From NCBI GenBank assembly GCA_029821875.1, contig JALGXW010000027.1, positions 6,175 through 70,174 of the forward strand: 64,000 nt of DNA, written 5' to 3'. Below, piece by piece: positions 15,133 through 24,650 of the stretch; position 1 is the first letter of the stretch, and each line of letters starts with the position of its first letter. A program made the position numbers and the translations under genes. The notes below the pieces were generated by a model. That model was not told the DNA's origin and searched no databases. It worked only from the letters and a program-made list of their open reading frames with translations. Source of the stretch: Candidatus Hebobacterum abditum (lineage in GTDB: Bacteria > Armatimonadota > Hebobacteria > Hebobacterales > Hebobacteraceae).

Positions 15133-17706
15133 CTAGTCGAGCTTCCGCAGCCGCACCACAACGGTGTCCTGCGGAGGCAGAGAGACCTTCAGGAGCAAGT
15201 CACCGGCGGTGTGCTTCACCGGAACAGGCACCGAAGACAGGGCGTCGAGTGCCTCGAACCGATCTCCCGCATCCCAGCCCAAGCCGCTGCACTCGACGGT
15301 CAGCGTCACCGTCCGGGCCTGCTCCGTCGGGTTCCGAAGGGCGTAGTAGAGCTCGCCGGAGGTGCCCGGCCCGTAGCGTTCGAGCCAGACAGCCGGGTCG
15401 TCGACAGTCGCCCACGGCACGGGTTCCCATCCGGCGCGGCTCATGGCCTGCATGAACGGAATGTAACGGCGGTAGAGGGGACGCAGACGTTCGACAGCCG
15501 CCGGGTCGCGAGCGAAGATGCCGGGATAGACATTGTAGAAAAGGAGGAGGCGCAGGCGCGACTCGGCTTCCTCCGGCGAGATGTCGAGCATTCCGGTGTT
15601 GCCGAAGCTCACGCTCTTCTGGAACGCGACACATCGGTCGTGGCTGAGATTCTCGTCCGAAGCGAACGCCGAACCGAAGTTCTCGCCGGCACCGATCATG
15701 TCGAGGTACGGGGCCGCGTACGCGCAGTACTCAGGCCCGGAGTTCGCCATGGTGATGAAGCCCTTCTCACGGATGAACTCCATGTACTCCGACATGGAGG
15801 ATAGGCCCGACACGATCGGCGTTCCAGTGGCGTAGCTGAAGGTCAACGGGAATTGGGTGAACCAGAAATGCTCGACCCGATGGTTCTCGTGCGCGATGTC
15901 GGACCAGTCGCCGGTCGAGTCGAAGTATACGCCATCCACTGTGGCCTGGCCGCGCAGGCAACGAGCTATGTCTGCGAGCGTTTCGTAGCGATAGGAGAGC
16001 AGGCCGCGGTTCATGCCGCCCAGGCGATGGCTCCAGATGCCGGGCAAAGGCGATGTGTTCATCTCGATGAACGTCCCCCCGCCATATGTGCGGACCGCGT
16101 TGATCTGGTATTTGCCGTTCGATCCAACGATGACAGAATTCAGGAACGCGCGCACCGATTCGCGCCTGGGAGCCGGCCAGTAGTCGCCCTCGTCCATGAC
16201 ATCTCCGGGCAAATCCGCGTCGGCCAGGATCTGCGGGAAGTAGTGGGTCAGTGGCTGGGCGAGGGTGACATCTCGCTTCTCGCTGACGCGAATTCGCCAC
16301 ATCCAGGGCTCACTATAGGAGCAGGTGTAGAGGCCCTGCTCGTCGTTCGCCTTCGTTCGCTCTGGCTGGGCGAAGTGAAGCTCGGCGTACTGCAGGCCGA
16401 AGTCCCCGAGGTCCTCGACCTGCTCGCTCGGCCCGATCCACCAGCCTCCCTGCTTGGCATCGCTGGCGAAGTGCTCAGGATGGCCTTCGTAGTATCGCTC
16501 GAGCGCCGCCCGCCCGCCCCAGCGCGGATCGAACACCGCAATGTCGAAGGAGAGCGCCACACTCTGCAGGGCCTCCCAGGCGCGGACTGCGAGCCCGAGA
16601 TCGAACTCCACGCAGAGGAACCCGCGGCTGTCATAGTAGAGCCGGTTCATCGTCGTCGGGGTGAGCGGGACCATCAGGGCCACGCCACGGTCCGGCCCGG
16701 ACACAGCGGCGAGGGGCAACTTCGAGACCTCGCGGAGCTGCCTTCGTCCGATGAGCTGATAGTTGGAGTAATCGCGACCTCCCTCGATGGGCCGCTCCCG
16801 GCGCAGGGAGTCGCCCCACCGCCATCCCGCCGCACTCAGCGGGAGCCGGAAGCCCAAGGTCAGCGCCTGCGGCTGCCGGATGAGCCACCGAGTCGGCGCA
16901 GAGAGCGTGGCATGGACTGTGATCGACTCACCGCGGAGTTCGCACTCAGCATCCAGGGACACTTCAGTCCCGGGTATAGTCCCTGCGAAGAGCGGCCTCG
17001 CTCCACCGGTCCACTCGCCCTCCAGTGGTAGCTCTGGAAGTGCGCGCACCTGGTGGGCAGACAGGCCGCCGATCCAGAAGCGGCCAAGGCCGCGGGGATG
17101 GTGAAGCATGAACGACATGCGCTGGGCGCCGTCGACGGCCGGGATGGCGATGGTCTCCTCTCGCCAGTCGTAGGTGCCGTGGAGAAGCTCAATGTTCTGT
17201 TGGGGGGCGACCCACTTGCCATCGGACCCGAACTGCCGGACGTGGATGATCGGCGGGAAGTCGCCACCGAGGCGCTCTCCCCGGTGCGCGAAGCGCAGCA
17301 GGTAGATGTGGTGAGGCCTGACGTCGTCAAGGAAGAGCTCAAGTTCTCCGGAGTCCGTGAGTTCCTCGTCGGGGAGCTTGATAGCCAGAGTTGGCCTCTC
17401 GCGCCATGTGGCCTGCGCGTCTATCGAGAATCCGGCGGGCAGGGCCTCGGCGACCTCCGCCAGACTCCCGGGGCGGAGGATGTTCGGGCCGGGGCGGGCC
17501 CGGTACGGCTTCACATAGAAGCCGCCCGGCCCGGCGCTCGGAAGATCGGCACCGTCGACCGTCAGACCTGCAAGCTGTCCGTCTCCGAAGCGGAGCTCCA
17601 GGTCGCCGGCAACGCGCGCCTGTGCAGTCAGCGCCGCTGCTAGCACGGTCACGGCAAGCGTCAGCGCGGTGCGCCGACGCATCTTCGGCCGGTGGGAGTG
17701 TCTCAT
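15133..17706 (-). CDS. Large secreted hypothetical protein (~857 aa), candidate polysaccharide-degrading enzyme given KDG-pathway neighbours
   Basis: Start chosen at ATG 17706 preceded by GGGGAGAGA (SD-like). Signal peptide MRRRTALTLAVTVLAAALTAQA. No family recognised by eye. Confidence 0.55.
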   Translation of the reverse strand: MRHSHRPKMRRRTALTLAVTVLAAALTAQARVAGDLELRFGDGQLAGLTVDGADLPSAGPGGFYVKPYRARPGPNILRPGSLAEVAEALPAGFSIDAQATWRERPTLAIKLPDEELTDSGELELFLDDVRPHHIYLLRFAHRGERLGGDFPPIIHVRQFGSDGKWVAPQQNIELLHGTYDWREETIAIPAVDGAQRMSFMLHHPRGLGRFWIGGLSAHQVRALPELPLEGEWTGGARPLFAGTIPGTEVSLDAECELRGESITVHATLSAPTRWLIRQPQALTLGFRLPLSAAGWRWGDSLRRERPIEGGRDYSNYQLIGRRQLREVSKLPLAAVSGPDRGVALMVPLTPTTMNRLYYDSRGFLCVEFDLGLAVRAWEALQSVALSFDIAVFDPRWGGRAALERYYEGHPEHFASDAKQGGWWIGPSEQVEDLGDFGLQYAELHFAQPERTKANDEQGLYTCSYSEPWMWRIRVSEKRDVTLAQPLTHYFPQILADADLPGDVMDEGDYWPAPRRESVRAFLNSVIVGSNGKYQINAVRTYGGGTFIEMNTSPLPGIWSHRLGGMNRGLLSYRYETLADIARCLRGQATVDGVYFDSTGDWSDIAHENHRVEHFWFTQFPLTFSYATGTPIVSGLSSMSEYMEFIREKGFITMANSGPEYCAYAAPYLDMIGAGENFGSAFASDENLSHDRCVAFQKSVSFGNTGMLDISPEEAESRLRLLLFYNVYPGIFARDPAAVERLRPLYRRYIPFMQAMSRAGWEPVPWATVDDPAVWLERYGPGTSGELYYALRNPTEQARTVTLTVECSGLGWDAGDRFEALDALSSVPVPVKHTAGDLLLKVSLPPQDTVVVRLRKLD

Positions 17707-17800
17707 GTCTCTCCCCTCGAAGCGAGGATTGCGCCGGGGGCCGGCGCAATCCTGCAGAGTTGTGTCCTGTACTCGTCTGCTTGTGCGGAGTCCGCCACTA

Positions 17801-18655
17801 CTACCTCTTCTCATCCAGCGGACCCACCCCGGAGTAGATCGCGAACCCGCCGTCCACTGCTATCGTGACCCCGTGGAGGAAGCTCCCGGCATCGGAGATG
17901 AGGAGCACGATCGGCCCGAGCAGTTCTTTGGGGTCGCCGAATCGCCCCAACGGCGTGTTCGCAATGATCGAGTGGCCGCGGGGAGTGAGCGTCTTGTCGT
18001 CCTCCTCGAAGAGCAGCCGATGGTTCTGCGTCGTGTCCAGGAATCCCGGCGCGATCTCGTTGACGCGAATGTCAGCCTCCGGGTAGTCGACCTTGACCTG
18101 TACGGCCAGCCACTGCGTGAAGTTGGTCACGGCAGCCTTGGCGTTGGAGTAGCCCGGCACATTCGTGAGCGGCGCAAACGAACACATCGAGGAGGTGTTG
18201 ACGATGATGCCCTTGCCCTGCTTCGCGAAGTACTTGCAGAAGATCTGTGTCGGCAGGAACGTGCCCTTGTAGTTGAGGGCGAAGACCTTGTCCACCTCTT
18301 CGAGAGACAGATCGGTGAAGACACCGTCGCGCGGCACACTCGCCCCCGGCCGATTGCCACCCGCGCCGTTGATGAGAACATCGACGCGGCCGAAGGACTT
18401 GATGATCGTGTCGAGCGCGGGGGCTATGCTATCGGTGTCTAGCACATTGCACGCAACTCCGATCGCCTCGCCTCCCTCAGCCCTGATCCCGTCTGCTGCC
18501 TCCTGCGCCTTGTCGCCGAGCAGATCGAGGAGGGCGAGCTTAGCGCCTCGCGCGGCAAGGCCCCGCGCAATGGCCCCGTAGATCACCCCGGCTGCACCGG
18601 TAATGGCGACCACCTTGCCGGAAACGCTGAATAACGCGTCTTGCTTCTGGTCCAT
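17801..18655 (-). CDS. Short-chain dehydrogenase/reductase, KduD-like (2-dehydro-3-deoxy-D-gluconate 5-dehydrogenase-like)
   Basis: TGAAGVIYGAI Rossmann motif, NGAGG, YSNAKAAV catalytic Y-x3-K. Start at ATG 18655 (MDQKQDALF); the longer ORF-track N-terminus is low-complexity. Confidence 0.75.
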   Translation of the reverse strand: MDQKQDALFSVSGKVVAITGAAGVIYGAIARGLAARGAKLALLDLLGDKAQEAADGIRAEGGEAIGVACNVLDTDSIAPALDTIIKSFGRVDVLINGAGGNRPGASVPRDGVFTDLSLEEVDKVFALNYKGTFLPTQIFCKYFAKQGKGIIVNTSSMCSFAPLTNVPGYSNAKAAVTNFTQWLAVQVKVDYPEADIRVNEIAPGFLDTTQNHRLLFEEDDKTLTPRGHSIIANTPLGRFGDPKELLGPIVLLISDAGSFLHGVTIAVDGGFAIYSGVGPLDEKR

Positions 18656-18686
18656 GTCGTGGTTCCTGGCGCGTGACGGCACGCGC

Positions 18687-19442
18687 TCAGGCCGTCGAAT
18701 ACGGCCTGAAGTTGGCTTTGAAGTCGGCCAGGGATTCGCGAACTGTGTCCAGATCGCCCGGCTTCTTTCGCTTCCCGACCAGTGCGAGGGGGCTGGACAT
18801 GCCGAGCACGGGCGTCCAGCCGCGCTTGCTGATGTGCTCCTGGAATTGAGGGCCGGTTTCGTAGTTGACGCCGCCGGTCGGCATGAGCATGCGTCCGTTG
18901 TGCCGATCGCGTACGTAGGGCGCCAACAACGCTCCGATGCCGCTCGGGCCGTGCACTCCCGCCGGGAACACCTTGATGCAGTCTGGCTCGAGGCCGTCGT
19001 CGCGCTCGATGAAGTACTGAAGCTCGGTCGGCGAGAGGATAGCGGGCGCAGAGAAGACGTCGGCCTCGCGCGCGATGCGCACGAACTCCTTGCCCTCGCC
19101 GTACCCACCCATCACATTCGCCGGCGCGACGACCATGTCGAAGCCCATTTCGATCGCCGCCTCCAGCTCCTTCGGGTTGATGACACTGCCGACGCCGAGC
19201 ACGAAGGGTTTGTCGGACGGCGCCTGTGCACGCCGCTTCCTCAGCCCCTGCATCGCCTCCTTGATGAGAGCGGCATCGATTCGGAAGGTGCACTCGGCGA
19301 CGTAGCCGGCCTGGCAGACCTCCCACATCGTGGTCACGAGGTCCTCCGCCTTCTTCACATGGTCGCGATTCATCACTACAACCACACCGGATGAGCGAAG
19401 GGCTTTCTCTACGCGGCCCCGGTCTCTCTTGTATTCAGGCAT
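18687..19442 (-). CDS. eda: KDPG / KHG aldolase
   Basis: Family-typical length (251 aa) and motifs (VVVMNRD..., GVGSVINP, FPAG). Adjacent to sugar kinase and KduD-like SDR. Confidence 0.75.
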   Translation of the reverse strand: MPEYKRDRGRVEKALRSSGVVVVMNRDHVKKAEDLVTTMWEVCQAGYVAECTFRIDAALIKEAMQGLRKRRAQAPSDKPFVLGVGSVINPKELEAAIEMGFDMVVAPANVMGGYGEGKEFVRIAREADVFSAPAILSPTELQYFIERDDGLEPDCIKVFPAGVHGPSGIGALLAPYVRDRHNGRMLMPTGGVNYETGPQFQEHISKRGWTPVLGMSSPLALVGKRKKPGDLDTVRESLADFKANFRPYSTA

Positions 19443-19482
19443 CTAGCGTCTACCTCCAGTCGTCCAGCCGTCGCAAGGGGTG

Positions 19483-20610
19483 CTAGCGCAGAGCGCTCAC
19501 GCCGCCGCCCTTGAGCGCGCGCTGGACCTCTTTCTCGACTTCCTTCTGGGTCACCATCGTCGTGTCGCCCGGGGTCTCCTGCACCAGGATGCCGTGCGCC
19601 GCGCCCCACTGCACCGCCGTCGCGGCATCATGTCCTTTCATGAGCGCGGCCGCCACGCCCGACATAAAGGAATCGCCGCCGCCCGTCCGGTCGGCTATCT
19701 CGATGTTCTCTCGCGTCACGGCCAGGTGCATCTTGTCCTCGGCGACCTCATAGAGAACCGCACCCCAGTGGATGCGATCGGCGGTGATGGCCGCTCGAAG
19801 TTGAGTCCCGATAAGCTTCAGGTTCGTGTAGTCCCTCGCGACCTGACGGAGCATCTCCTGGTAGGCGGCAAGCCAGACGTCGAACTCCTCCCTCGGGTGT
19901 ACCTTCTTCGTCTCGTAGCCGAGCGCGTCGAAGAAGTCTCCCTGATTCCCGACCAAGAAGTCAGAGTGCGGCACGATCCCGCGGTTGATGCTGCGGGCCC
20001 TTTCCTTGTCGGGCTCTACCTTGGCGCGGTAGTTCAGGTCGAACGAGCGGAAGACTCCGTGCTCGCCGGCCTTCTGCATTGCTTCGAGGGCCAGCTGGGA
20101 TGACGTCGGTGAGATGAGCGTGTAGATGCCTCCGGTGTGGAACCATCGAACCCCTTCCCCGACGACCGCATCCCAGTCGACATCTCCCGGTTTCAACTCG
20201 CGGACGGGCGCATGCGCGCGGTAGTACTCGGTGACCGAGGGCAGCACGCCCTTCCCGCTCCAGGTGAAGTTGATGCCGTTGTGGAGGGTGCCCTTGGCGT
20301 CGGTCGAGAACCTGCTCCTACCGCCTGTGTCGAACCAGATGATATGAGACGTATCGACTCCGGCCTCCCGTAGCTGGTTCTCTATGTTCCGTCCGATGCC
20401 GTCGTCCACGAGCGCGGTGATGACGGCGGTCCTCAGGCCAAAGCACGCGCTCAGCCCTTCGGCGACATTGGTCTCGCCTCCACCGTGCCAAATGCGGGCG
20501 AAGCGGGCACGGCGCGTGGGGACATCACCCGGATCGATCCGCATCATCACTTCGCCGAGGGCCACCGCGTCGAAGCCGTCTCCCGCCGGCTTGATGCCGA
20601 AATCGCTCAT
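19483..20610 (-). CDS. kdgK: PfkB-family sugar kinase, probable 2-dehydro-3-deoxygluconokinase
   Basis: Ribokinase/PfkB signatures (N-terminal GEVMMRIDPGD; C-terminal DRTGGGDSFMSGVAAAL anion hole). Start taken at MSDFGIKPAG. Confidence 0.75.
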   Translation of the reverse strand: MSDFGIKPAGDGFDAVALGEVMMRIDPGDVPTRRARFARIWHGGGETNVAEGLSACFGLRTAVITALVDDGIGRNIENQLREAGVDTSHIIWFDTGGRSRFSTDAKGTLHNGINFTWSGKGVLPSVTEYYRAHAPVRELKPGDVDWDAVVGEGVRWFHTGGIYTLISPTSSQLALEAMQKAGEHGVFRSFDLNYRAKVEPDKERARSINRGIVPHSDFLVGNQGDFFDALGYETKKVHPREEFDVWLAAYQEMLRQVARDYTNLKLIGTQLRAAITADRIHWGAVLYEVAEDKMHLAVTRENIEIADRTGGGDSFMSGVAAALMKGHDAATAVQWGAAHGILVQETPGDTTMVTQKEVEKEVQRALKGGGVSALR

Positions 20611-20927
20611 GGCCTCCTCCTCCAAGAAGCGCACGCAGCTTTGCGCTGGTCACACTTCTCCCATTGGCGAGGATAGTCCTCCAGTTCGGCCGCGGGCCGA
20701 AAGCGTGACGAGGCTCGGCCGAACAGGCCGGAGGATGTCGGCACGCGCCGCCGGAACGCCGGGGCGTCGATGGGGGGAGCGGGAGCTGGGACGTCGAAGA
20801 CCCGGGTGGGAGATAAGGTGTCCCCTGGAGGACGCCAGGTGCCAAGAGAGAGGCGCCCGGCGCATCAGCCTTTCCGCAGCCTTGGGCGCGCTCTCCTCTG
20901 TGCCTATGGGAGGAGTAGGCGGCAAAC

Positions 20928-23585
20928 ATGACCAGCCGCGATGATGACCCGCGGCTATCGGTAGCGATAGCCGGCGTCACCTTCAAGAACCCGTTCTTCT
21001 TGGCATCCGGGCCGACCACCCATTCCGCCGACCAGCTCGAGCGGGGCTGTGAGCTTGGCTGGTCGGGCGCGTCGATCAAGCTCACCTTCGACCCAGCACC
21101 CTACATCAACAGAGAGCCTCGCTACGCCTACTTCGATCCGGCCGGACTGTTCGCGTTCACCGCCGAAAAGCGGATAGACCTCGGCCAGGCCGTGGACCTC
21201 GTGGAGGAGTCGCGCCGCCGAGTTGCATCCGACTTCGTGATCATGGCGAACTACTCCTATGTCGGTGACAAGGGCGTCGAGGGCTGGGTCGATATGGCGC
21301 GCGCCTTCGAGCAGGCCGGGTGCGACGTGCTCGAAGTCAACATGGGCTGCCCCAACATGTCGTTCAACGTCGCCCTGACCGGCGACGCACACGAGGGCGG
21401 CCCAGAGAGCGGGGCCTCGATGGGTACGGAGCCCGAGCTCGTGGGCGAGGTCGTCGAGGCAACCGTCAAGGCTGTGTCGATCCCTGTCTTCGTGAAGCTG
21501 ACGCCAGAGGGTGGTCGGCTGGGAGAGGTCTCCCAGGCATGCTATGCGGCCGGTGCGGCCGCCACCGGTTCGAATGCGAACCGCCTCGCATTCGCGCCCG
21601 TTGACATATGGAACCCGAGGCAATCTGTCATCCACCTTCAGGAACAGGTGTCGCTCACCTGCATGTCGGGCCCCTGGTGCAAGCCGCTGGCTCTGCGCGA
21701 CATCTTCGAGATCCGGAAGCGAAACGGGCCCGGCGTCCGCGCCACCGCCACCGGCGGATGCGAGACCTGGCAGGACGCGGTGGAGATGGCCTTCTTCGGG
21801 GCCGATCTGGTCGGAGTGTGCACCGCCGTGCTGGTGCATGGCTACGAGATCGTGAAGGGCCTGAAAGAGGGCGTCCTCCGCTACATGGATCGGATGAGCT
21901 TCGACAGATGGGAGGACATGCGCGACCTGCTGGTCAACGAGGTCACGTCATCTGAGAGGCTGACGCTCTACCCGGGTCACGCGCGCATCAAGGACACCGG
22001 CCTGGCCGCGCCGTGCAAGTTCGCCTGCCCGAACCAGGTGCCCGCTCAGGGATACGTTCGGAAGGTGGCCGAGAGGGACTTCCGGGAGGCCTATCGCCTT
22101 ATCACCTCGCGCGACCCCCTACAGTCCGTCTGCGGGTACATCTGCGCGCATCCCTGCGAGGCGACCTGCATCCGCGGCGACGTGGATGATCCAATCCGGA
22201 TTCGGGGCATCAAGCGTTTCGTGCTCGAGTACGCCGACCAGAAGGGCTGGCAGCCCGAGGTTGACAGGCTTCCCTCTTCGGGGAAGAAGGTGGCCGTTGT
22301 AGGAGCCGGTCCTGCGGGGATCGCTTCCGCGTGGGATCTCGCGAGGGCAGGGCACGAGGTAAGTGCCTTCGAGGCCGAGCAGAAGCCTGGCGGCATGCTT
22401 CGCTATGGGATTCCCGCCTTCCGGCTGCCGGAGGCGATCCTGGAGAAGGAGATCGCGGCCCTCGAGGGGGTCGGCGTGAAGATCGAGTGCACGAAGCGGC
22501 TCGGCAAGGACTTCGCGCTGTCGGATCTGAGGTCACAGGGCTTCGACGCCATCTTCCTGGGCCCGGGCGCGCAGGCGGGCAGACCGCTGGATGTCCCCGG
22601 CGAGAACGCGGAGGGAGTCGTATCCGCCGTCGAGTTCCTGCGCGCCGTTCGAAGAGAGGGGACAGCTCCGGTCGGAAGGCGCGTGGCCGTTGTCGGTGGT
22701 GGCTATACGGCGGTCGACGCGGCCCGCACCGCGATCCGCCTTGGCGCTGACGAGGTATTCCTCTGCTACCGCAGGACCAGGGACGAGATGCCGGCAATCC
22801 CGGAGGAGGTGTGGGAGGCGGAGGAAGAGGGGGCGCGGGTCATCTACCTCGTGGCGCCCCTCGAAGTCGTGAATGAGGGGAACCGGGCCACAGGGCTGCG
22901 GATGATCGTGCAGACGCTCGGCGAGCCGGATACCTCGGGGAGGCGCCGGCCCGACGCGGTGTCCGAGGCCGAGTTCGCGCTGCCATGCGACATGATCATC
23001 AACGCCGTCGGCCAAATCGTCGCCGAGAAGACCGAAGGCCTGGCCGTCGCGCCTGATGGCACACTGGCCTGTGACCCCGAGACAGGCGGGACCGCGATCG
23101 ACGGGGTCTTCGTCGGCGGCGACGCGGCGACCGGGACCGATAGCGTGATAGCGGCCGTAGCCTCGGGGCGTCGAGCGGCCATTTCGATCGATCGATTCCT
23201 CTCCGGCGAGAATGCACTTCTGACGTACGATCCTGTGCTGACCGAGGTGGCGCGCGAGCAAGTGCTGGCGCGGGAGCGCGGTGCGCAGCGTGAGCTGAGG
23301 GTGCCGACGTCGATGCGGCCCGCTGGTGAGCGCAAGCGCGACTTCGAGCTGTGCACCTCGACCATGACGGACGAGGAAGCCGTTCGGGAGGCGAACCGCT
23401 GCCTGAGCTGCGGCTGTGGTGCCGGGTGCGGCCTGTGTGCGCGCATATGCTCGAACTTCGCTGTGAACGGCGAGACGGCGGACGGCTTCGCCATCGACGA
23501 AGAGAAGTGTGTGGCGTGCGGAATGTGCTTCCGCCGCTGCCCGAATCAGAACATCGAGATGGTGCGGTTGAAGGGCACCATCTGA
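20928..23585 (+). CDS. Fusion oxidoreductase: dihydroorotate/dihydropyrimidine dehydrogenase-like TIM barrel (PreA-like) + glutamate synthase small-subunit-like FAD/NAD(P) domains + C-terminal 4Fe-4S ferredoxin motifs, 885 aa
   Basis: N-terminal VTFKNPFFLASGP...VKLTP (DHOD/DPD fold); central GKKVAVVGAGPAGIASA and VAVVGGGYTAVDAART dinucleotide-binding motifs; CxxCxxCxxxC clusters near the C-terminus. Confidence 0.75.
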   Translation: MTSRDDDPRLSVAIAGVTFKNPFFLASGPTTHSADQLERGCELGWSGASIKLTFDPAPYINREPRYAYFDPAGLFAFTAEKRIDLGQAVDLVEESRRRVASDFVIMANYSYVGDKGVEGWVDMARAFEQAGCDVLEVNMGCPNMSFNVALTGDAHEGGPESGASMGTEPELVGEVVEATVKAVSIPVFVKLTPEGGRLGEVSQACYAAGAAATGSNANRLAFAPVDIWNPRQSVIHLQEQVSLTCMSGPWCKPLALRDIFEIRKRNGPGVRATATGGCETWQDAVEMAFFGADLVGVCTAVLVHGYEIVKGLKEGVLRYMDRMSFDRWEDMRDLLVNEVTSSERLTLYPGHARIKDTGLAAPCKFACPNQVPAQGYVRKVAERDFREAYRLITSRDPLQSVCGYICAHPCEATCIRGDVDDPIRIRGIKRFVLEYADQKGWQPEVDRLPSSGKKVAVVGAGPAGIASAWDLARAGHEVSAFEAEQKPGGMLRYGIPAFRLPEAILEKEIAALEGVGVKIECTKRLGKDFALSDLRSQGFDAIFLGPGAQAGRPLDVPGENAEGVVSAVEFLRAVRREGTAPVGRRVAVVGGGYTAVDAARTAIRLGADEVFLCYRRTRDEMPAIPEEVWEAEEEGARVIYLVAPLEVVNEGNRATGLRMIVQTLGEPDTSGRRRPDAVSEAEFALPCDMIINAVGQIVAEKTEGLAVAPDGTLACDPETGGTAIDGVFVGGDAATGTDSVIAAVASGRRAAISIDRFLSGENALLTYDPVLTEVAREQVLARERGAQRELRVPTSMRPAGERKRDFELCTSTMTDEEAVREANRCLSCGCGAGCGLCARICSNFAVNGETADGFAIDEEKCVACGMCFRRCPNQNIEMVRLKGTI

Positions 23586-23616
23586 AGTCTGCGGCCGTGG
23601 GAGGGAAGTCAGGTAG

Positions 23617-24585
23617 ATGAAGGTCCTCATAACCGCTACTTCCTTCAGCGAAGTTACGAAGGAGCCCGAGGAGCGACTGATCAAAGCGGGTTACGAGATC
23701 GCCCACAATCCCTACGGGCGGCCGATGACTGCGGAGGAGATGGCACCACTACTGGAGGGCGTCGACGGCTGTGCGGCCGGCGTGGATGACTTCTCCGCTG
23801 CAGCCTTCGCGAGGGCAGATCGGTTGAAGGTGGTCGCCCGCCACGGCGCAGGCATCGACCAGGTGGACATCGCCGAATGTACGAGGCGCGGGATAGTTGT
23901 TGCGAATCTCCCGGGCGCGAATGCAGAGGCCGTGGCCGACATGACGCTGGCACTCATGCTAGCCGTCGCTCGACACATCCCGGAGGGCGACCGCACCACG
24001 AAGGCTGGACAGTGGGTCAACACCTACGGCGTGGATCTGTTCGAAGCGACAGTCGGGATACTCGGGCTGGGGCGTATCGGCAAGGGGGTCGCAAAGCGAT
24101 GCCTTGGGTTCGACGCTCGAGTACTGGCCTACGATCCCTACTTCGATCAGACGTTCGCGGCCCAGCACGCGATAGACCGTGCCGACTCGCTGGAGCAGGT
24201 CATGAAGGAGGCGGACTTCGTCTGCCTCCACATGCCGGTGACCGAGGAGACGCGGCGCATCATCGATGCCGAGAAGATCGGGCTCATGAAGATGACCGCC
24301 ATCCTGGTGAACACGGCGCGGGGCGCGCTTGTGGACGAGGATGCCCTCGCAGACGCGCTGGAGGAGGGCCGCATCTTCGGCGCGGGCATGGACGTCTACG
24401 CTACTGAGCCGCCCGCCGACAGCCGTTTGCTGAACTGCGAGCGGACCGTCACCATGCCGCACGTGTCGTCCAACACCCCCGGCGCGCTGCTGGCGATGGG
24501 CAACGGGGTGGTCGACGCCATCATGGCCGTTTTCAATGGGGAGCGGCCGGAGAGTGTGGTCAACCCCGAGGTCTACGAGAAGTAG
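23617..24585 (+). CDS. D-isomer-specific 2-hydroxyacid dehydrogenase (PGDH/GyaR-like)
   Basis: GILGLGRIGKGVAKR NAD-binding motif; catalytic R/E/H pattern (NTARG, MPHVSS). Confidence 0.8.
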   Translation: MKVLITATSFSEVTKEPEERLIKAGYEIAHNPYGRPMTAEEMAPLLEGVDGCAAGVDDFSAAAFARADRLKVVARHGAGIDQVDIAECTRRGIVVANLPGANAEAVADMTLALMLAVARHIPEGDRTTKAGQWVNTYGVDLFEATVGILGLGRIGKGVAKRCLGFDARVLAYDPYFDQTFAAQHAIDRADSLEQVMKEADFVCLHMPVTEETRRIIDAEKIGLMKMTAILVNTARGALVDEDALADALEEGRIFGAGMDVYATEPPADSRLLNCERTVTMPHVSSNTPGALLAMGNGVVDAIMAVFNGERPESVVNPEVYEK

Positions 24586-24650
24586 GCTTCGATCCCGCGG
24601 CGGCGCAGGTCGTCCGCGGTCGACACGTGTTCCGAGGAGGAGCATGCGCT

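Noticed and set aside
14776-15804. 342-aa plus-strand ORF
   Set aside because: Overlaps the well-supported minus-strand secreted-protein gene in antisense. Low-complexity.
20955-23706. Minus-strand ORFs 20955-21839, 22533-23684 and 22999-23706 opposite the PreA/GltD fusion gene
   Set aside because: Antisense artefacts. The plus-strand protein carries clear dinucleotide-binding and Fe-S motifs.
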